A stretch of DNA of 64,000 nt from Selaginella moellendorffii (taxonomy: Eukaryota > Plantae > Lycopodiophyta), in the NCBI RefSeq assembly GCF_000143415.4, contig NW_003314288.1:1364056-1428055 (forward strand), read 5' to 3'. Shown here piece by piece: positions 59,323 to 64,000 of this stretch. Below the pieces are notes generated by a model. The model saw only the letters and a program-made list of their open reading frames with translations, did not search any database and was not told the origin of the DNA. A program made the translations under genes and the position numbers. Each line of letters starts with the position of its first letter. Position 1 is the stretch's first letter.

Positions 59323-62300
59323 TGTCGCGAATGTGACTTCGGGTATCGAAAGATACTTGTCGACCAGTCCTTACGGGCACTCTTTCCTTACTGCCATGAC
59401 GGTAGGAGGTCGGTACTGCTGGTTCCCTTTATTGGCCCCTCTTGTCCAAGTGTTAGTAAACTGAACTTAGCATCTGTACTTGGCCGGATGAGCATAAGGA
59501 AGGAATTCCTAAGTGTCTATTTAGCCAAGCATACTTGGCCCGGCTTGTTAGTTCTCTTTTGCTCTGTCTTGCACTGGCTTGGCAAGAACCCTCGCGTATT
59601 GAGACTAGTCCCTCAATATCGCCGGATGATAGCTTACCGTGTCTGCCAAACACCCTCGCTATCACACCCTTTGTGTTGGTCTCATTTCAGTCCCGAATGC
59701 TATTTATGGAAGGTGTCTAGATTAGCTCATTTGGCATATCTACGGAATATAGAGATCGGTCTGAACACAATGGTGTTCATCCCATGTCCAAATTCGCAAT
59801 CTAAGGACATTCCATATTTAGTAAGTTTCGGACTTGTCCCAGAGACTAACTCCTGGTACTAAGGGAGGCTTGGGGTGAAAGCCCAAAGCGTGTGTCCCTC
59901 AAGGGGGGGGGGGGGGCTGTGGGGGGTTCCAAATGTATAGTAGGGATAGTGGTTGGAATGCATGTCCGACCACCTGAGACATTAGTTTGGCTCCCGCTGG
60001 GCTGTGTCGCTCCTTGTTCTACGTCCGGCTTGGGTCTAAGCCCAAGCTCCACGCTGCTCTAGTCGGTGGAGTACCCTCCTTCTCGCGTTAGGCCACCGGT
60101 ATGCCAAAATTGTGCCAGACTCCGTCTGACACCATTTTGCGTGCAGGTGCTGGATACGGGGAGCTGATGCTCGTGGGATTGTACCGGACCCTCGTTTCGT
60201 AGCGCAACGGGCTTGGAGTTCGGCTCCAAATTCAGGTGCGCTACATTTGGTATCAGAGGGATTGTCTCAGCGATTCCTATCCAACTTTTGTCGGATTTTC
60301 TGACTCAAGTTGCATATGCAGAGACTTTTCTAGTAGATCCGAAGCGACCTGTGTAGGATTAGTTGGATTGCACCATTCGGTAAGGACGTTGTATGCATGT
60401 TCAGTTACTGATAGAGGCATGCATGCAGCTAGCGGGATGGTGAAACGGAACCGTGCTGATGACGCTGTAACCTCTAGATGGGCGAATCGAGAGGAGGAAA
60501 CTCCTGCTAGAGATGCTGCGGAAGAGGCTGAGGCCAAGTCGGAAGAGGATGAGCCAAATGCTGCAGCACTGCAGCGCACGGCTCATGAAGTCGAGATCGA
60601 GAATTTGCGAAAGGAGATTCGCAAATTAAAGAAGGAGAACAAGAAGAGGAAGAAAGAAGCTGAGGCAGCTAAACCAGCAAAGCCTAAGCAACCGGATTCC
60701 TCTTCAAGTTCTGAGGACGATGAAGTTCTGCAGCCGCCCCCGGTTGCACGAGTTTCAAAGTTCAAGCCTCCGAAACCACCTAATTTCAGAGGCATGCGGG
60801 ACTATCAGGTTTTGGAAGACTGGGTCTACGATATGGAGAACTACTTCATAGCGGCAGACGTAGATGATCGTACGAAAGTTGCGTGCGCGCAATCCTTTCT
60901 CACCGATCATGCCAAAACTTGGTGGCGCCAGGTGTGTGCTGAAAAAGGGCAGACTAGAAGTTGGACCAAGATGCGGTCTCGTATCCGTAAGGAATACTTG
61001 CCGGATGATCTTGGTCTGAGACTTCGCGCAGAGCTGCGGCGGTTAAAGCAGCGAGGGGACCTTATGCATTACGTTAATGCGTTTGCTCAGAAGCGCATTA
61101 TGATTGCAAATATGAGTGACGAAGATGCTCGGAGTTATTTCCTGGAGGGTTTAAGTTCACTTTCTCGAAATGAGATTTTGAAGTTTAAGCCGAAGACGTA
61201 CCTGGAGTGTAAAGAGGCAGCGTAGCAAGTTGCCTTTAGTCACTCGCTCATAGAACAATATCAGCAATCGTATGCTGGTAACTCGGACAAGAATAAAAAT
61301 TCTGGGAATAAGCAAGGTGATCGGAAACAAAGGGTGGAAAGTAGGTACCGCCCTGGGGGCTCACAAGCTACGGTGAATAAAGGTGGTGGTGGTTGGAGAC
61401 CACCAGCAGCTTCTTCTGGTCCTAGGCCCTCTGTTCCTCCTCCTGGTGGGTACAAGCAGCAGCAACCTACAAAACCTGCTCCTAGCGGAACGGGTAGTGT
61501 GGGTCATTGCTTCCATTGTGGAGAGTCGGGACATAGGTCCTCGGAATGTCCCAACAAGCATAAGACAAGGTCTCGGGTTAATGTCATGAGGGAAGACGGT
61601 GGTGGTGAAGCCGAAGGGGTTGACGAGTTGGTCAATGCAGACTATGAGGAAGAAGAGGTGAGTAACTTTCGTTGCTTTCCTCAAGCTTTTCTTGCAGTCA
61701 ATGCAAACACTGATCCGTTAATGTATCTGGTAGGCTTTGTCCGTGGACACCGAATCCGAGTGATGATTGACACGGGAGCTACGCACAGCGTGATATCCGA
61801 AGACTTAGTTAAGTTGTTAGGATTGAATGCTGAGCAAATGTCACCTATGCACTTCCGGTTTGCGGAGGGTGGGCAAGTAGCCAGAAAGTTTGTGAGTGAT
61901 GTTCCAATAAAGATATCCAAGTGGAAAGAAAGAGTGGACTTGGTAGTGTTGAAGATACCAGATTTTCAGATGGTGTTTGGTATGGATTTCTTCAACAAGT
62001 ATATAAAAGGGATTTATGGTGCTGGACAAAGTCGTATCACGTTGAAGTCAGAAGGACATCCTGATGTATCCTTTCAGTTGCAAAAGCGTTCCTCAAAAGA
62101 TTGGGATGCAAAGTTCCTGACTGCGAGGGCCGTTCAAAAAGCAGCTAAGAGGGGATGTCAGACCTTTTGGGTTCAAGTGATGGAAGCTGAGGGTGTTGGT
62201 GACTCAGTACGAATCGGCGATGGGGTTGATCCTGTACCAAAAAGGATATTGGAGTTGTTGGCGAGGAATCAGGATATCTTTCCGAAGGATTTGCCGCCAG

Positions 62301-64000
62301 GGCTACCTCCTAGCCGTGAGGTTGATCATCGGATTGAGATTATTCCGGGTTCTAAGCCACCTACAAAGGCTCCATATCGGTTGAACATCAAGGAGATGGC
62401 TGAACTCAAGAAGCAACTCACGGAGCTTCTTGACAAAGGTCATATCCGACCAAGCAAGTCACCTTATGGAGCGCCGGTCCTCTTCGTTATGAAGAAGGAT
62501 GGAACCATGAGGATGTGTATTGACTATCGGGCACTCAACAAGATCACGGTTAAAAACAGTTATCCTTTGCCTCGCATTGATGACTTGTTTGACCAACTCT
62601 TAAAGGCTAAGTATTTTACGCGACTTGATTTGCGGTCCGGGTATCATCAGATACGGGTGGCAGATCAGGATGTGGAGAAGACAGCCTTTAAGACTCGGTA
62701 CGGATCTTATGAGTTCCTTGTCATGCCATTTGGATTATGCAATGCTCCGGGAACGTTCAGCACTATGATGGATAGAATATTCGGAGATTACTTGGATGCA
62801 TTTGTTGTCCTGTATATTGACGATGTTCTTGTCTTTAGTGAGACGTTGGAGGATCATTTGAAACACTTGGAGCTGGTGTTTCAGAAATTGCGCAAACACA
62901 AACTGTATGCTAAGGAAAGTAAATGCGCTTTTGGTCAATTGCGCGTAAACTTTCTGGGACATATAGTTGGTGGTGGCGTGATTGAGGTCGATCCAAAGAA
63001 GGTGGAAGCGGTGAAGTCCTGGGAAGTCCCGACCACTGTATCAGATGTTCGTTCCTTTCTCGGTTTGGCGGGATACTATCGCAAGTTTGTCCGCAATTTT
63101 GCAAGGATTGCTCTTCCGTTGACTGAGTTGACAAAGAGTAGTGTTCCGTTTCATTGGACACCAACTTGCCAGTGTGCTTTTGCACGGTTGAAGGAGATCT
63201 TGACTACGGTTCCTGTTCTCAGGATCCCAGATCTTGATAAACCTTTCGAAGTGCATTGTGATGCATCTGGCTATGCTATCGGTGCCGTGTTGCAGCAAGA
63301 TTGTGACAAAGCGGTTGGTGTTACGCTAAGGCGACATGGTTGTCCCGTTGCATTCTATTCCAAGAAATTGGATGAGACTCAACAAAGATGGCCAACGCAT
63401 GAGAAAGAGATGTTTGCTATAGTGTCGGCCCTGGAACACTGGAGACACTACTTGGGTGGACATACCAAGGTTTATACAGATAGTAACACACTGAGCTACT
63501 TTGCTACGTAGCCTAAGCTTATGCCGAAGCAGGCTCGTTGGCAAGAGAAGCTTGCTAGATATGATATTGAAATCATATATAAACCTGGTAAAGACAATAT
63601 TGTTCCGGATGCGTTGAGTCGTCAAGCTCAATTCTGGGCAATATCGGCAATCAGTTCGGACTGGTTGGAAGACGTTCGGGCTTCATATGAAAGTGATCCA
63701 TTGGCGAAGGCAATCTTATGCCGTGCGGGGTTGTTGAAGCAGAGCCCTGGTAGCGAAGCAGCAAAAGTTGCTAGTCGCACTAATGCGCAACTTCACTTCT
63801 CAGTTCGGGATGGGCTTATATTCTATAAGCAAGAAAGATTGTATCTTCCCTCTAAGGATCTTCAGCAGTTATTTTTGCGGGAACATCATGATGTTCCGGC
63901 AGCGGGACATGGTGGACAGCGAAAGACTCTAGCTTCATTGAAAAAGGGATTTTTCTGGTCTGGTATAGAAGGCGATGTAGTGGACTATGTCCGTTCCTGC
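59323..64000 (+). mobile_element. Ty3/gypsy LTR retrotransposon (chromovirus-type RT), 5' part
   Basis: LTR 59323-60245 (TG...CA) related to family A. PBS TGGTATCAGAG at 60248, followed by gag-pol. Confidence 0.9.
60437..64000 (+). pseudogene. Single-frame gag-pol with two in-frame TAGs (61223, 63509)
   Basis: Gag, [31 protein letters not shown] and the integrase zinc-finger start (HDVPAAGH) are all in one frame. Confidence 0.9.

Noticed and set aside
61223-61231. Programmed gag stop readthrough (TAG CAA GTT)
   Set aside because: Does not match UAG-CAR-YYA, lies before the zinc knuckle, and a second TAG interrupts RNase H, so mutation is more likely.

Overview
Eukaryotic, TE-dense plant DNA. 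PLS/DYW:WW PPR genes, 38-57 nt introns and Tcn1-like and Selgy-like gypsy elements suggest a lycophyte such as Selaginella (inference). PPR genes flank a nest of retroelements: a non-autonomous LTR element (6140-30224), a self-priming chromovirus inside it (7737-13340), a non-chromovirus gypsy (34863-42651), an inverted second copy of the non-autonomous element, and a gypsy running off the right end. The main result is a 12.85-kb DNA transposon (15061-27911) with 24-bp TIRs and a 4-bp TSD. It carries a Sola/DUF7869-like transposase and a divergent 11-exon accessory gene, whose product resembles a ParB-like N-terminal domain + degenerate amino-methyltransferase fold + acidic linker + FCP1-type HAD domain. 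About 25 copies of one 22-bp palindrome (ATGGCRTGW-N4-WCAYGCCAT) are scattered through the element's introns, UTRs and even coding loops. By eye I found no full copy elsewhere in the window. This looks like a transposon-encoded protein/operator self-recognition system. All domain assignments are by motif recognition only; no searches were run.
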